Source: a virus. From it: a stretch of DNA of 64,000 nucleotides. Positions 9,239-18,542 of the stretch are shown here, piece after piece. The position numbers were made by a program, and so were the translations under genes. The notes beneath the pieces were generated by a model, which saw nothing but the letters and a program-made list of their open reading frames with translations, ran no database searches and was not told the origin of the DNA. The DNA is taken from positions 6,729-70,728 of IMG/VR virus record IMGVR_UViG_3300037851_000445. One strand, 5' to 3'. How positions within the stretch are numbered: position 1 is the first letter of the stretch; the number at the start of each line of letters is the position of its first letter.

Positions 9239-11826
9239 TGGCTCTCGGCCGCACCGGGCTGCTCGGGCAGAAGAACGCCCGGCTGGGGCGGTTCGTCCTT
9301 GCGGCGGCGCCCGCCGGCGCCGGCCCGATTCTCCAATCCCTGAACGCCGCCAGCGCGGCCACGGCGTCGAGGATTCGCCAGGTCGGGCGGGTCTGGGCCC
9401 TGGCTGTCACAGGCGCCGCGTCTAGGATCCGACAGGTGTCGATGGCGCGCGCTGCCAGCGCGGTGGCTGCGGCGGTCAGAGTTCGGCGGGTCGAGCTGTC
9501 GCGGGCCGTTATTATAGGCACAGCGGCGTTCCTTACATTCCTCCGGACCCTGTTAAAGTCTGCCTCTACTACAGCCTCCACTACGGCGTCGAGGATTCGT
9601 CAGGTAGGACGGGTATGGGCGCTGCTGACCGCCGTCTCGCCGTCGCGGGTTCGCCAAGTGAACCTGATCCGGGCAGTCTCGTCGGCGGGGGCCGCCACTT
9701 TGGCGTACACCCGGGTCCTGATGAAGTCGCTGTCGGCCGTCGCCGCCGCGACTGCGTCGAGGATCCGACACATCAGCCTTCTACGGGTCGTCGCCAGCAC
9801 CGCCTCGGCGTCGCGTAGCCGCTTGGTGTCCATGATCCGCGCCGTCGGCGCGACCGGCACGGCGACCATGTCCCGCCTGCGGACCGCCTTGCGCACCCTG
9901 TCCGCCGCGGTGACCTCAGCCGCCACCCGCGTTCGGCTGGTCGGCCGGGTCCGCGCTGCCAGCGTGACCGGCTCCGCCACGCTCTCGGCGCTTCGGGCCC
10001 TCCTGCGGACACTCTCCGCCGGCGCGGCGGCTGCGGCCACCCTGACCAAAGTGCTCGCGTTCCTGCGCACCCTGTCCGCCGCGGCGACCGCCTCCGCCAC
10101 TCGCGTTCGGCTGGTCCAGATGATCCGCGCCGTCGGCGCGACCGGCACGGCGACCATGTCCCGCCTGCGGACCGCCTTGCGCACCCTGTCCGCCGCCAGC
10201 ACCGTCTCGGCCGTTCGAGTGCGGCTGGTCCAGATGACCCGCGCCGTCGGCGCGGCGGCCAACGCCACCCTCGCCAAAGCGCGCGTGGCCCTGCGCACGT
10301 TGTCCGCCTCGGCGACCGTGGCTGCCACCCTGACAAAGGTGCTCACGGCCTTGCGCACCCTGTCCGCTGCGGTAACCGCCTCGGCCGTTCGAGTGCGGCT
10401 GGTCCAGATGGTTCGGGCGGTGTCGAGCTCCGCCGCCGCGTCCCGCAGCCGCGTGGTCAGCTTGACGCGCGCCGCCGGCGTCGCGGCGACGGCCGTGCTC
10501 GAGAAGCTCAAGGCGGTGTTCCAGACCCTCTCCGCCTCAGTGTCGACGGCGGCGACGCGTTCCCGCGTCGTGTCGATTACACGCGCCGTCGTGAACACGA
10601 CTACCGCGACGCTCGTGCGCCTGCGTGGGAAGGTCCTGAGCGCCGTTGCGGCCGCGGTGGCGTCGCGCTCTCGGGCCGTGCTGCTGGTGCGGTCGGCGGC
10701 CGCTGCCGGAGCGGCCAGCCTGACGAAGGTTCGGCTGATCGAGAAGATCCTGGCGGCGGCCGCCACAGGCGCGGTGACGCTGATTCGGATGGTGAACCTG
10801 AATAGATTCGTGACGGTCGGTTTGACCGCTTCGCGGCTTCGTCTCGTGGCGCTAACCCGCGCGGCCGCTTCGACCGCGACCGGCACTATGACGAGGCTCC
10901 GCACCGTCCTTCGGACGCTGTCGAGCGCTGTTGTCGGAGCGACCAGCATCCTGAAGACCCGGTTCCTGAGCCTGTCTCGGACGGTTTCGCTCACGGCAAC
11001 CCGCGTGCGGACCATCTACAGGAGCATGGAGTTCGAGCCCTGGGTGGCGGTGCTCCCCGTGCTCACCAAGCACCGAATTCTCGTTCGCGCGCTCTCCGCG
11101 GCTTCGAGCGCAGTGGCCACGCGCGTGCGCCAGATGAATCGAATTCTGACTGTATTCGTGACTACATTCCCGACCCTGGTGGCTTCGAAGGCGTACCTGC
11201 GGGAGCTTTATGCCTCAGCTTATGCCTCAGCGACGCGGCAGCGCCTCATTTCTCTGATGCGCAGCGCTTCGGCGACGGCTGCCGCCCAAGTCGTACGCGA
11301 AATTCGACGGATTCTGTCTCTTTCCGCATACGCGTTGGGGACGCTCTCCCGCTTCGGGCAGATCGTGCTCACCGCTTCGGTCGGGGCCGCTGCGTCGTTC
11401 AGCCGCCAAGTGGCCAAGACCCTGAGCGACGCGGTCACTGCGACTGCGACGATGTATCGCGCGCGAGCTCTGCTGCGCAGCCTCTCGGCCGGCGCGGCGG
11501 CAACCGCGAGCCTGATCCGGCGCGTGCAGCGCGAGCTCGTTTCGGCCGCACACGCGGCTGTGCTCCTGCTGAAAAATCCGGCAGCGTTTCTGACACTCCT
11601 GGCTGCTTCCGGTACGATCGCGACGCTGCTGAGGACCCGGTTCGTAGAGCTGCAAGCCACGGTTTCTGCTATACTTGTTACTCTCTCGTCGCTCGTGATC
11701 CGGTCGGTCTCGGCCGCTAAGGCCTGGGTACTCAGCCGCCGCGCGACTGAGTGGGAGCTCGGCGCGGGGAATCGCGGCACCGTTTGGAAAGCCAAGACGA
11801 GGAATAAAGGATGGCCGAGAACCTAG
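9238..11826 (+). CDS. Arg-rich 19-aa-repeat fibre-like protein 3 (862 aa)
   Basis: Dozens of LRTLSAAxTxxATRVRLVx-type units and Trp-spaced C-terminus. Confidence 0.75.
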   Translation: MALGRTGLLGQKNARLGRFVLAAAPAGAGPILQSLNAASAATASRIRQVGRVWALAVTGAASRIRQVSMARAASAVAAAVRVRRVELSRAVIIGTAAFLTFLRTLLKSASTTASTTASRIRQVGRVWALLTAVSPSRVRQVNLIRAVSSAGAATLAYTRVLMKSLSAVAAATASRIRHISLLRVVASTASASRSRLVSMIRAVGATGTATMSRLRTALRTLSAAVTSAATRVRLVGRVRAASVTGSATLSALRALLRTLSAGAAAAATLTKVLAFLRTLSAAATASATRVRLVQMIRAVGATGTATMSRLRTALRTLSAASTVSAVRVRLVQMTRAVGAAANATLAKARVALRTLSASATVAATLTKVLTALRTLSAAVTASAVRVRLVQMVRAVSSSAAASRSRVVSLTRAAGVAATAVLEKLKAVFQTLSASVSTAATRSRVVSITRAVVNTTTATLVRLRGKVLSAVAAAVASRSRAVLLVRSAAAAGAASLTKVRLIEKILAAAATGAVTLIRMVNLNRFVTVGLTASRLRLVALTRAAASTATGTMTRLRTVLRTLSSAVVGATSILKTRFLSLSRTVSLTATRVRTIYRSMEFEPWVAVLPVLTKHRILVRALSAASSAVATRVRQMNRILTVFVTTFPTLVASKAYLRELYASAYASATRQRLISLMRSASATAAAQVVREIRRILSLSAYALGTLSRFGQIVLTASVGAAASFSRQVAKTLSDAVTATATMYRARALLRSLSAGAAATASLIRRVQRELVSAAHAAVLLLKNPAAFLTLLAASGTIATLLRTRFVELQATVSAILVTLSSLVIRSVSAAKAWVLSRRATEWELGAGNRGTVWKAKTRNKGWPRT
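9832..10196 (+). repeat. 77-bp exact direct repeat (9832-9908, 10120-10196), spacing 288 bp
   Basis: ATGATCCGCGCCGTCGGCGCGACCGGCACG...CTGTCCGCCGC occurs twice, five protein repeats (19+19+19+20+19 aa) apart. Confidence 0.9.
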
Positions 11827-14800
11827 CCAACGACGTCAAGACCACGCTGAATGGAGCGATCAACAACTCCACCACCACCGTGGTCTTCACCTCGTCCACG
11901 GGCTTTCCTTCCGCAAACTTTCGCATCCGCATCGACGATGAGCTCATGCTCGTCACGAATAGCGCGAGCGCGCCGACGTACACCGTCACGCGCGGCGTTG
12001 AGGGCACGACCGCGGCCTCCCACGCGGATCTCGCCGACATCTACCACGTCCTGACAAAGACCGGGCTCGACACGTACGGCGACGAGCGCTGGGTGCAATC
12101 CGAGCCGCTGAACCAAGTCGTGTACGGCACCGGCACCGGTCTCGATTCGAACGCGAACTTCACGTACAACGCGACGACGGGAGCGCTGTCCCTAACCCCC
12201 AGCTCGTCGTCTCCGGCGGGCTCCACGATCCGCGCGGCGAGCCACAGCGGTTCGGGTAATGGCGCTTCTCTCACTCTGCAAGGTGGTACTGGAGGGGCCT
12301 CCAATTCCGGCGGCGACTTGACTATCAACGGCGGTTCGGGCGGAGGCACGACCGGCGCCGGCGGCACCGTGTACATCTATGGTGGCTCTGTCACGGACGG
12401 CAACGGCGGTGGGGTGCAAGTTTACGGGCGCAACGCGGCGGGGACGAACCGCGCAGGCGGCGCACTGTCGATGGCGGCTGGTTCCTCGACCGGCTCAGCT
12501 ACTGGCGGGCAGGTCTACATACAATCTGGTCAGGGCGGTGCGACAGGCGCCGGCGGGACGCTCCTGCTCTACGGTGGAACGGGCGGGGCCACATCCGGCG
12601 CTGGTGGGGCGGTTACTATCGCCGGCGGCTCAGCCGCCGTTGGCGCGGGTGGAAGCACCACATTGCAGGGCGGTGCGGCCGGCGGCGGGGATTATAGCGG
12701 TGGCACTACATACGTTAACGGCGGGACGTCGTCCGGGAACAACAACGGCGGCGCCGTCAACATCACAGGCGGTACCGCCCCGAGCGGTAGCGGTGCTTCC
12801 GGCGGCACGGTCACGATCGCGTCCGGGACTTCCGGAGCGACCGGCACCGGCGGCGCCGTCACTGTGCAAGGAGCCGCGGGCGGGGCCACCTCCGGTGCGG
12901 GAGGTTCGGTCACGATCCAAGGCGGTTCGGCTACGGACGGTAACGGCGGCACGGTGACCATCACTGGGCGCAACGCGGCCACCACTACTAGCGCGAGCCG
13001 CAGCGGCGGTGGGGTAACGATCACCTCTGGCGACAGCACGCAAGTTTCCGCCGGCGGAGTGATCACCATCACTGCTGGTAAGGGCGGCACGGGTGGTAAC
13101 GGCGGCGTCGGCGGGTTGATCACGATCTCTGGCGGGCGCAACGGCAGCAACACGTCGTACACGGACGGCAACGTTGTAATCCAGGGCAACTCCGACACCG
13201 ACATACCGGTTGGCACGACCACAACCGGCAACGTCGTTACGATTCGCGGTGGGAAAGGCGCGGCCACGGGTACCGGTGGGCAAGCAAGACTCCGAGGCGG
13301 CGCGGGCGGCTCGACCTCCGGCGCCGGCGGCGCTGCGTACGTTTACGGCGGCATCCCCACGGACGGTGACGGCGGCGCGGTGTACCTCTACGCGTGGGAC
13401 GGGGTCGGTACGAACCGTTCAGGTGGGGGAGCGACTGTACGCTCGGGTAACGGAGTTGGCTTGGGCTCCGGTGGCGGAATAAGCATCTCCGCGGGGGCGG
13501 GCGGGGCTACAGGTATCGGCGGGTCTGTCACTGTCACCGCGGGGGCGGGCGGGGCCACGTCCGGCGCCGGCGGGCAACTCAACTTGTATGCCGGCACCGC
13601 CACGGACGGCGCAGGCGGCGCGGTAACGATTCTCGGCAGAAACGGCACAGGAACGGACCGGGCTGGGGGCGGGGTCACGATCACGGCCGGCAACTCCACA
13701 GGCTCCGCCGCGGCCGGCGCGATCAATGTCACTGCGGGGGCGGGCGGGGCTACAGGTATCGGCGGGTCTGTCACTGTCACCGCAGGGTCGGGCGGGACCA
13801 CGTCCGGCGGCGGCGGGCAACTCAACTTGTATGCCGGCACCGCCACGGACGGCGCAGGCGGCGCGGTAACGATTCTCGGCAGAAACGGCACAGGAACGGA
13901 CCGGGCTGGGGGCGGGGTCACGATCACGGCCGGCAACTCCACAGGCTACGCCGCGGCCGGCGCGATCAATGTCACTGCGGGTACTGGCGGCGCGACGGCC
14001 GCTGGTGGGAGCATTACGCTCACCGCCGGCGCCGGTGGAAGCACCAGCGGTACGGGCGGCTCGGTGAACTTCTACGGCGGTTCCGCCACGGACGGGAACG
14101 GCGGCGCGGTGAACCTCTACGGGCGGAACGCCGTAGGCACTGCGAGAACTGGCGGCGCCGTAACGATCTTGGCCGGCAACTCCACTACTTCAAGCACGGG
14201 TGGCGCGGTCTCTGTCACTGCGGGCAATGGCGGCCCGACGGGCTCCGGGGGCACGGCGACGATCACGGGCGGCGCTGGCGGCGCCACCAGCGGCGCTGGC
14301 GGCGCCTGTACACTGCGCGCAGGAACACCGACCGCCGGGAATGGCGGATCGGCGACGGTCCAAGCCACGAGCGGGGCCGGCGGCAGCGCTGCGTCCGGTG
14401 GGTCTCTGAACCTCCAGTGGGGGGCCGGAGTTAACGGCGGAACGGACGGGGTACTGAACTTCCTCCACGGCGGAGCGGACAACTCCAGAATCCAGAAGCA
14501 CAAGTGGATGCAGGCGTCGCACGGCAACTTCTCGGTGTTCGGTGACGCGGTACGCGAGACCTACGTTCTGAGGGTCACGACTACGGACGCCACGCAGACG
14601 GAGGCGTACCTGGACGGAGCGACTGCGACTCAGCGCCTCGTTCTCCCGAACGACACAACCTGGAAATTCCGCGCCAGCGCGGCCGCGCGGCGCACGGATG
14701 TCGATGGCGAGAGCGCAGGATACGAGTACTCCGGCGTCATCGATCGCCAGACGAACGCGGCGTCCACTGCGCTCGTCGGAACAGTGCAGACTCTAATGAC

Positions 14801-14942
14801 TCCGCAGGAGGACAACGCTGCGTGGGACTTGGCGCTCGACGCCGATACCACGAACGGCTCTCTGCGGGTTCGAGTTACCGGCGAAGCGTCGAAGACGATT
14901 CGCTGGGTCATCTTCGTTGAGGTTGTGCAAGTGACGGGGTAA
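11811..14942 (+). CDS. Glycine-rich long tail fibre/adhesin (1043 aa)
   Basis: N-terminal TTLNGAI...GFP..FRIRIDDELM.VT....VTRGVEGT.AASH anchor-like domain, about 750 aa of GGxVTIxAGxGGxTxG repeats, globular C-terminal domain. Confidence 0.75.
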   Translation: MAENLANDVKTTLNGAINNSTTTVVFTSSTGFPSANFRIRIDDELMLVTNSASAPTYTVTRGVEGTTAASHADLADIYHVLTKTGLDTYGDERWVQSEPLNQVVYGTGTGLDSNANFTYNATTGALSLTPSSSSPAGSTIRAASHSGSGNGASLTLQGGTGGASNSGGDLTINGGSGGGTTGAGGTVYIYGGSVTDGNGGGVQVYGRNAAGTNRAGGALSMAAGSSTGSATGGQVYIQSGQGGATGAGGTLLLYGGTGGATSGAGGAVTIAGGSAAVGAGGSTTLQGGAAGGGDYSGGTTYVNGGTSSGNNNGGAVNITGGTAPSGSGASGGTVTIASGTSGATGTGGAVTVQGAAGGATSGAGGSVTIQGGSATDGNGGTVTITGRNAATTTSASRSGGGVTITSGDSTQVSAGGVITITAGKGGTGGNGGVGGLITISGGRNGSNTSYTDGNVVIQGNSDTDIPVGTTTTGNVVTIRGGKGAATGTGGQARLRGGAGGSTSGAGGAAYVYGGIPTDGDGGAVYLYAWDGVGTNRSGGGATVRSGNGVGLGSGGGISISAGAGGATGIGGSVTVTAGAGGATSGAGGQLNLYAGTATDGAGGAVTILGRNGTGTDRAGGGVTITAGNSTGSAAAGAINVTAGAGGATGIGGSVTVTAGSGGTTSGGGGQLNLYAGTATDGAGGAVTILGRNGTGTDRAGGGVTITAGNSTGYAAAGAINVTAGTGGATAAGGSITLTAGAGGSTSGTGGSVNFYGGSATDGNGGAVNLYGRNAVGTARTGGAVTILAGNSTTSSTGGAVSVTAGNGGPTGSGGTATITGGAGGATSGAGGACTLRAGTPTAGNGGSATVQATSGAGGSAASGGSLNLQWGAGVNGGTDGVLNFLHGGADNSRIQKHKWMQASHGNFSVFGDAVRETYVLRVTTTDATQTEAYLDGATATQRLVLPNDTTWKFRASAAARRTDVDGESAGYEYSGVIDRQTNAASTALVGTVQTLMTPQEDNAAWDLALDADTTNGSLRVRVTGEASKTIRWVIFVEVVQVTG
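13491..13980 (+). repeat. Tandem 243-bp (81-aa) near-identical duplication inside the Gly-rich fibre
   Basis: 13491-13733 and 13734-13976 differ at only a handful of positions (e.g. GGCTCC vs GGCTAC). Confidence 0.9.
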
Positions 14943-14946
14943 CGCC

Positions 14947-15216
14947 ATGGACCAGACTAAACTCAATACGATCATCCAGGACATCATCGAAGACAAGCTC
15001 GGTCCTGTCGAAACCATGCAAGCGGAACGCGAGTTCGTGCGGCTCCTGATGCAAGAGCGGGCGGAACGAAAGCAGCTCTGGCAGAAGGTGAAGCAGAACG
15101 TGGTCGGTCATACGATGATCATTCTGTTGTCGGGGTTGGGATACCTCGGGTGGCAGATCGCGAAGTTCCTGTTCAATCACGCGCCGGAATTCATCAGGGA
15201 GTGGGGTTCCAAGTGA
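14947..15216 (+). CDS. Small single-TM protein (holin/antiholin-like, uncertain)
   Basis: Coiled N-terminus plus one hydrophobic helix (VVGHTMIILLSGLGYLGWQIA), at the start of the lysis region. Confidence 0.45.
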   Translation: MDQTKLNTIIQDIIEDKLGPVETMQAEREFVRLLMQERAERKQLWQKVKQNVVGHTMIILLSGLGYLGWQIAKFLFNHAPEFIREWGSK

Positions 15217-15689
15217 CCACTATTGCAGCGAACCTGGAGTACATGGCCGCCGACACGAAGGTGACCATGGGGTCGAACGACATCTACCACACGCGCAAGA
15301 AGATCCAGCGGATCAAGGTGAAGGGCAAGACCATGATCGCCGGCGCCGCCGGGCTCGACTTCTACATCCAGCAGTTCTTCCTGTTCCTCAAGCAGGGCGG
15401 CGAGCCGAAGATGCAGCGCAGGGACATCGACGAACACACCGAAGATCTGAACTTCGAGGGGCTGGTTCTGTGTAGCGAGGGCATCCTTCTGTACGACGAC
15501 ACGCTCACAGCCGCGAAGATCGAGGAACCGTTCTACGCCATTGGCAGCGGCGGGCAGGCCGCCCGCGCGGCCATGACGATGGGAGCGGACCCGAAGCAGG
15601 CCATCAAGATCGCGTCGAAAATCGACAGCGCGACCGGGCTGCCGATCGTCACCCTCAAGCTCTCGAAGGACAAGACCAATGCCAGGTAA
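15213..15689 (+). CDS. Ntn-hydrolase (HslV/proteasome-beta-like peptidase)
   Basis: GTG start gives M-TTIAA (N-terminal Thr nucleophile); AADTK, KI..I, and FYAIGSGG..ARAAM..GA motifs. Confidence 0.75.
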   Translation: MTTIAANLEYMAADTKVTMGSNDIYHTRKKIQRIKVKGKTMIAGAAGLDFYIQQFFLFLKQGGEPKMQRRDIDEHTEDLNFEGLVLCSEGILLYDDTLTAAKIEEPFYAIGSGGQAARAAMTMGADPKQAIKIASKIDSATGLPIVTLKLSKDKTNAR

Positions 15690-16227
15690 AGCGGTACTCG
15701 CGGTGATCTTCCCGGCCGCGTTCAAGCGCGGACAACTCGACCAGTGGATCGAGCCGCTCAACGACACCATGCTCGCGTACCAGATCGACACGAAGGAACA
15801 GCGCGCCGCGTGGCTCGCGAACATCGGCCACGAGACGGGCGAGTTCCAGTGGACTCGGGAGTTGTGGGGCCCGACAGCGCAGCAGCGGAAGTACGATACG
15901 GACCCCGCGCTGATGGCGGCGCTGGGCAACGTGCGCGGTGGGGACGGGTTCAAGTATCGCGGTCGCGGGCTCGCGCACTTGACGGGGAGAGGGAACTACA
16001 CGAAGTACGCGGCGTACAAGCAGATCCCGTGCATCGAGCACCCGGAGCTTCTCGAGCTGCCGGTGTACGCGGCGGACAGCGCCGGGTGGTTCTTCGCCAT
16101 CGAGAAGGACATGCTACCGGTCGCGGCGGCGGGGAAGTTCAAGGACACTGTGAAGAAGTGGAACGGCGGTTTCAACGGGTGGGCTGAGCGGAAGGCCTAC
16201 TACGATCGCGCGCTGGCGGTACTGTGA
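15679..16227 (+). CDS. Glycoside hydrolase family 19 endolysin
   Basis: AAWLANIGHETG, GDGFKYRGRGLAHLTGRGNY, NGGFNGWAERKAYYDRA motifs. Confidence 0.9.
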   Translation: MPGKAVLAVIFPAAFKRGQLDQWIEPLNDTMLAYQIDTKEQRAAWLANIGHETGEFQWTRELWGPTAQQRKYDTDPALMAALGNVRGGDGFKYRGRGLAHLTGRGNYTKYAAYKQIPCIEHPELLELPVYAADSAGWFFAIEKDMLPVAAAGKFKDTVKKWNGGFNGWAERKAYYDRALAVL

Positions 16228-16385
16228 TGATCGCCCTGTCCGCCGCCGAGCTCGCGCAAGTCCTCGCCACGTTCGGCGGCGAGGAGCTTACGCGCGAGGA
16301 ATTGGAGCGCCACGGCCCCGCCGCGTGGGGCGAGTTCGTGGCGCTGATACTGAGACTCCAAGGAAGGAACCTCCGTGACACCTGA
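16227..16385 (+). CDS. Hypothetical protein (52 aa, not in ORF track)
   Basis: TGATG coupling to the endolysin stop; MIALSAAELAQVLATFGGEELTREELERHG...; fills the gap before the holin. Confidence 0.45.
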   Translation: MIALSAAELAQVLATFGGEELTREELERHGPAAWGEFVALILRLQGRNLRDT

Positions 16386-16812
16386 GAATCCTGAGCGACC
16401 CATGGTGTGGTCGCTGCTGCTCGTGCTGGCGGCGTGCGCGCTGTACGCCGGCAGCGCGCAAGCGGAGACGTTCATGGAGTGGGTATACGCGCAACCGATC
16501 GAGCGCTACTGCGTGTTCCTCGGGTTCGGCGTCCTCGGCATGATCGCCCACTACACGAAGCTGTGGGCCACGAAGGAAATCGACTCGTGCCTGTGGGACT
16601 ACTGGGTTCGGCAGTCGCCCAGGCGCACTGTGCTGTCGTTCATGGGCTTCTTCTCCGCCGCAGGCGCGGTGATGCTAGCCGGGGACTTCCCGAACACGCC
16701 GTGGTCCACCCTCGTCAGCGCCGCTATCACGACGGGGTACACGGCGGACAGCCTGCTGAACAAGCCCGGCGCCGCCGGGCGGAGTGGAGGTAACGATGTT
16801 CGGCCTGAATAG
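16375..16812 (+). CDS. Holin (multi-TM, putative)
   Basis: Several hydrophobic helices; lies between endolysin and spanins. Confidence 0.6.
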   Translation: MTPENPERPMVWSLLLVLAACALYAGSAQAETFMEWVYAQPIERYCVFLGFGVLGMIAHYTKLWATKEIDSCLWDYWVRQSPRRTVLSFMGFFSAAGAVMLAGDFPNTPWSTLVSAAITTGYTADSLLNKPGAAGRSGGNDVRPE

Positions 16813-17305
16813 CCTGATAGGCTACGTGCTGATCGCTCTGATCATCGCGGCCACGTCCTTCGCAGCAGGAGTGAAGGTCGAGTCGTGGCATCGAGACAGC
16901 GCGGAGCTCGCCGCCCGGGAGTCTTGGGAGACGATGTACAAGAAGCAGATGGGCAGCGCGCGCAAGCGGGCGGAGGAACTGCTCGCCGCCGTGCTGAGTG
17001 GACAGAAGGAACTTCGCAAACTCCGTCAGAGGATCGCCAATGTACCCGACACAATCACTCTCCCGTGCACTCCAGAAGGCAGCGTCACTCGGCCTGCTTG
17101 GGTTGTTACTGACGACGATGTACGGCTGTGGAATGACATCGTCGCTCAAGGGCTCCCCGCAGATGGACGCGGCGCTAGTGGCGAGGCCGTGCGAACCGAT
17201 CCTCCTACCGGAGGGCCCGGCGACGAAGCAGGACCTGCTGAACAACCTGGCGGAGAACATGGCGTGCGCGGCGGACATCCGCCGGCAGCTGAACGCTCTG
17301 ATTGA
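16796..17305 (+). CDS. Rz: Inner-membrane spanin (Rz-like)
   Basis: GGAGG SD; N-terminal TM then coiled-coil (SFAAGVKVESWHRD); contains a nested lipoprotein ORF. Confidence 0.75.
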   Translation: MFGLNSLIGYVLIALIIAATSFAAGVKVESWHRDSAELAARESWETMYKKQMGSARKRAEELLAAVLSGQKELRKLRQRIANVPDTITLPCTPEGSVTRPAWVVTDDDVRLWNDIVAQGLPADGRGASGEAVRTDPPTGGPGDEAGPAEQPGGEHGVRGGHPPAAERSD

Positions 17306-17336
17306 CGAACTGGAGTCCCGCAATGAAAATCCGTAA
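17040..17336 (+). CDS. Rz1: Outer-membrane lipoprotein spanin (Rz1-like), overlapping Rz in another frame
   Basis: Signal-like LGLLGLLLTTMYG-C lipobox; Pro/Cys-containing periplasmic part; start codon uncertain. Confidence 0.65.
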   Translation: MYPTQSLSRALQKAASLGLLGLLLTTMYGCGMTSSLKGSPQMDAALVARPCEPILLPEGPATKQDLLNNLAENMACAADIRRQLNALIDELESRNENP

Positions 17337-18540
17337 ATGGCTCGGCCTGCGCAACAACGTGGCGCGCGAGCGCATGAAGCCCGGGGACCTCGACAGCGCG
17401 CTCAACATCGACCTGGACGATGACCAGAAGCCGACCGTGCGCGACGGGACGACCCAGCTGCTATCCGGGGCGTGCCACTCCCTGTGGGGCGACGGGAGGA
17501 TCATGCTCTACGCACAGGGGTCGTCGCTCTACCGCCTGTACCCCGACGGGTCGACCGTGCTGATCCGGTCCGGGCTCCTCGGCCAAGGGCCGTTGTCCTT
17601 CGCCTCCCATGGCGACTTCGTGTGCTACTCCAACGGCTTGGACACCGGGATCGTGGAGCGCGGCGCCTCGCGTCCGTGGGGCATCGCCCCTCCGCGGCGC
17701 CAGCCGGCGGCGGAAGCGGCCGCGGGCCATCTCCCGCCGGGGCTGTACCTCTACGCCATGACGTTCGTGGACGCCGACGGCCGTGAATCCGGCACCGGCC
17801 CGGCGGGAGTATTCGAGCTCTTCGAGCCCGGTGGCATCGAGTTCTACGAGATGGAAGTCTCGACAAACCCGGCAGTTACGGGTAAAATGGTCTACTTGAG
17901 TACCCCCGGCGGCGAAGTGATGTACCAGGCCGGGCTGGTCTCGAACGCCGTACAGTCGACGGTCTATTCAAACGACTCGCTCGACATGGGAAGCCCGCTG
18001 GCCACTCAGTTCGGCCGGCACGCCCCGGCGGGCGAGATCGTGGCCCTCTGGAACGGCTACGCCTTCGTGGTGCAGGGTGACGCGGTGTACTACTCGGAGC
18101 CGTACAACTACGAGCTCTTCAAGGTGGGCACCTCCTTCCTGCGGGCGGACGGCGCGATCACGCTCTTCCAGCCCATGAAGGAAGGCATCTTCCTCGGCAC
18201 GACCGAGAAGGTTCTGTTCCTGCGCGGTACTCGTCCCGACCAGCTGCGCCCGGAACCCGCTGCGTCCACCGGCGCAATCCCCGGGACAGGCGCGCGCTGT
18301 GGCGCACATGTCGTCGGCGACGGGACCCAGGCTGGTGACGCCGTGATGTGGACAGGACAAGACGGTGTGTGGGTCGGCTTCGATAACGGAGCCGCTCGGA
18401 ACATGACGCAGCAACGAATCAGCCTCCCGGTTACCGCCCGCGGCGCCGGAATGGTGAGGCAGGTGAACGGGTTCACGCAATACGTGACCTCGCTCCAGGG
18501 CGCGGGCGAAGCTCTTAACGCGAACAGCAAGGGAGAGTAA
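17323..18540 (+). CDS. Tail protein (nozzle/beta-propeller-like, putative)
   Basis: GGAG SD; WLGLRNN...LDSALNIDL start and beta-repeat content resemble podophage tail tubular B-type proteins. Confidence 0.55.
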   Translation: MKIRKWLGLRNNVARERMKPGDLDSALNIDLDDDQKPTVRDGTTQLLSGACHSLWGDGRIMLYAQGSSLYRLYPDGSTVLIRSGLLGQGPLSFASHGDFVCYSNGLDTGIVERGASRPWGIAPPRRQPAAEAAAGHLPPGLYLYAMTFVDADGRESGTGPAGVFELFEPGGIEFYEMEVSTNPAVTGKMVYLSTPGGEVMYQAGLVSNAVQSTVYSNDSLDMGSPLATQFGRHAPAGEIVALWNGYAFVVQGDAVYYSEPYNYELFKVGTSFLRADGAITLFQPMKEGIFLGTTEKVLFLRGTRPDQLRPEPAASTGAIPGTGARCGAHVVGDGTQAGDAVMWTGQDGVWVGFDNGAARNMTQQRISLPVTARGAGMVRQVNGFTQYVTSLQGAGEALNANSKGE

Positions 18541-18542
18541 AC

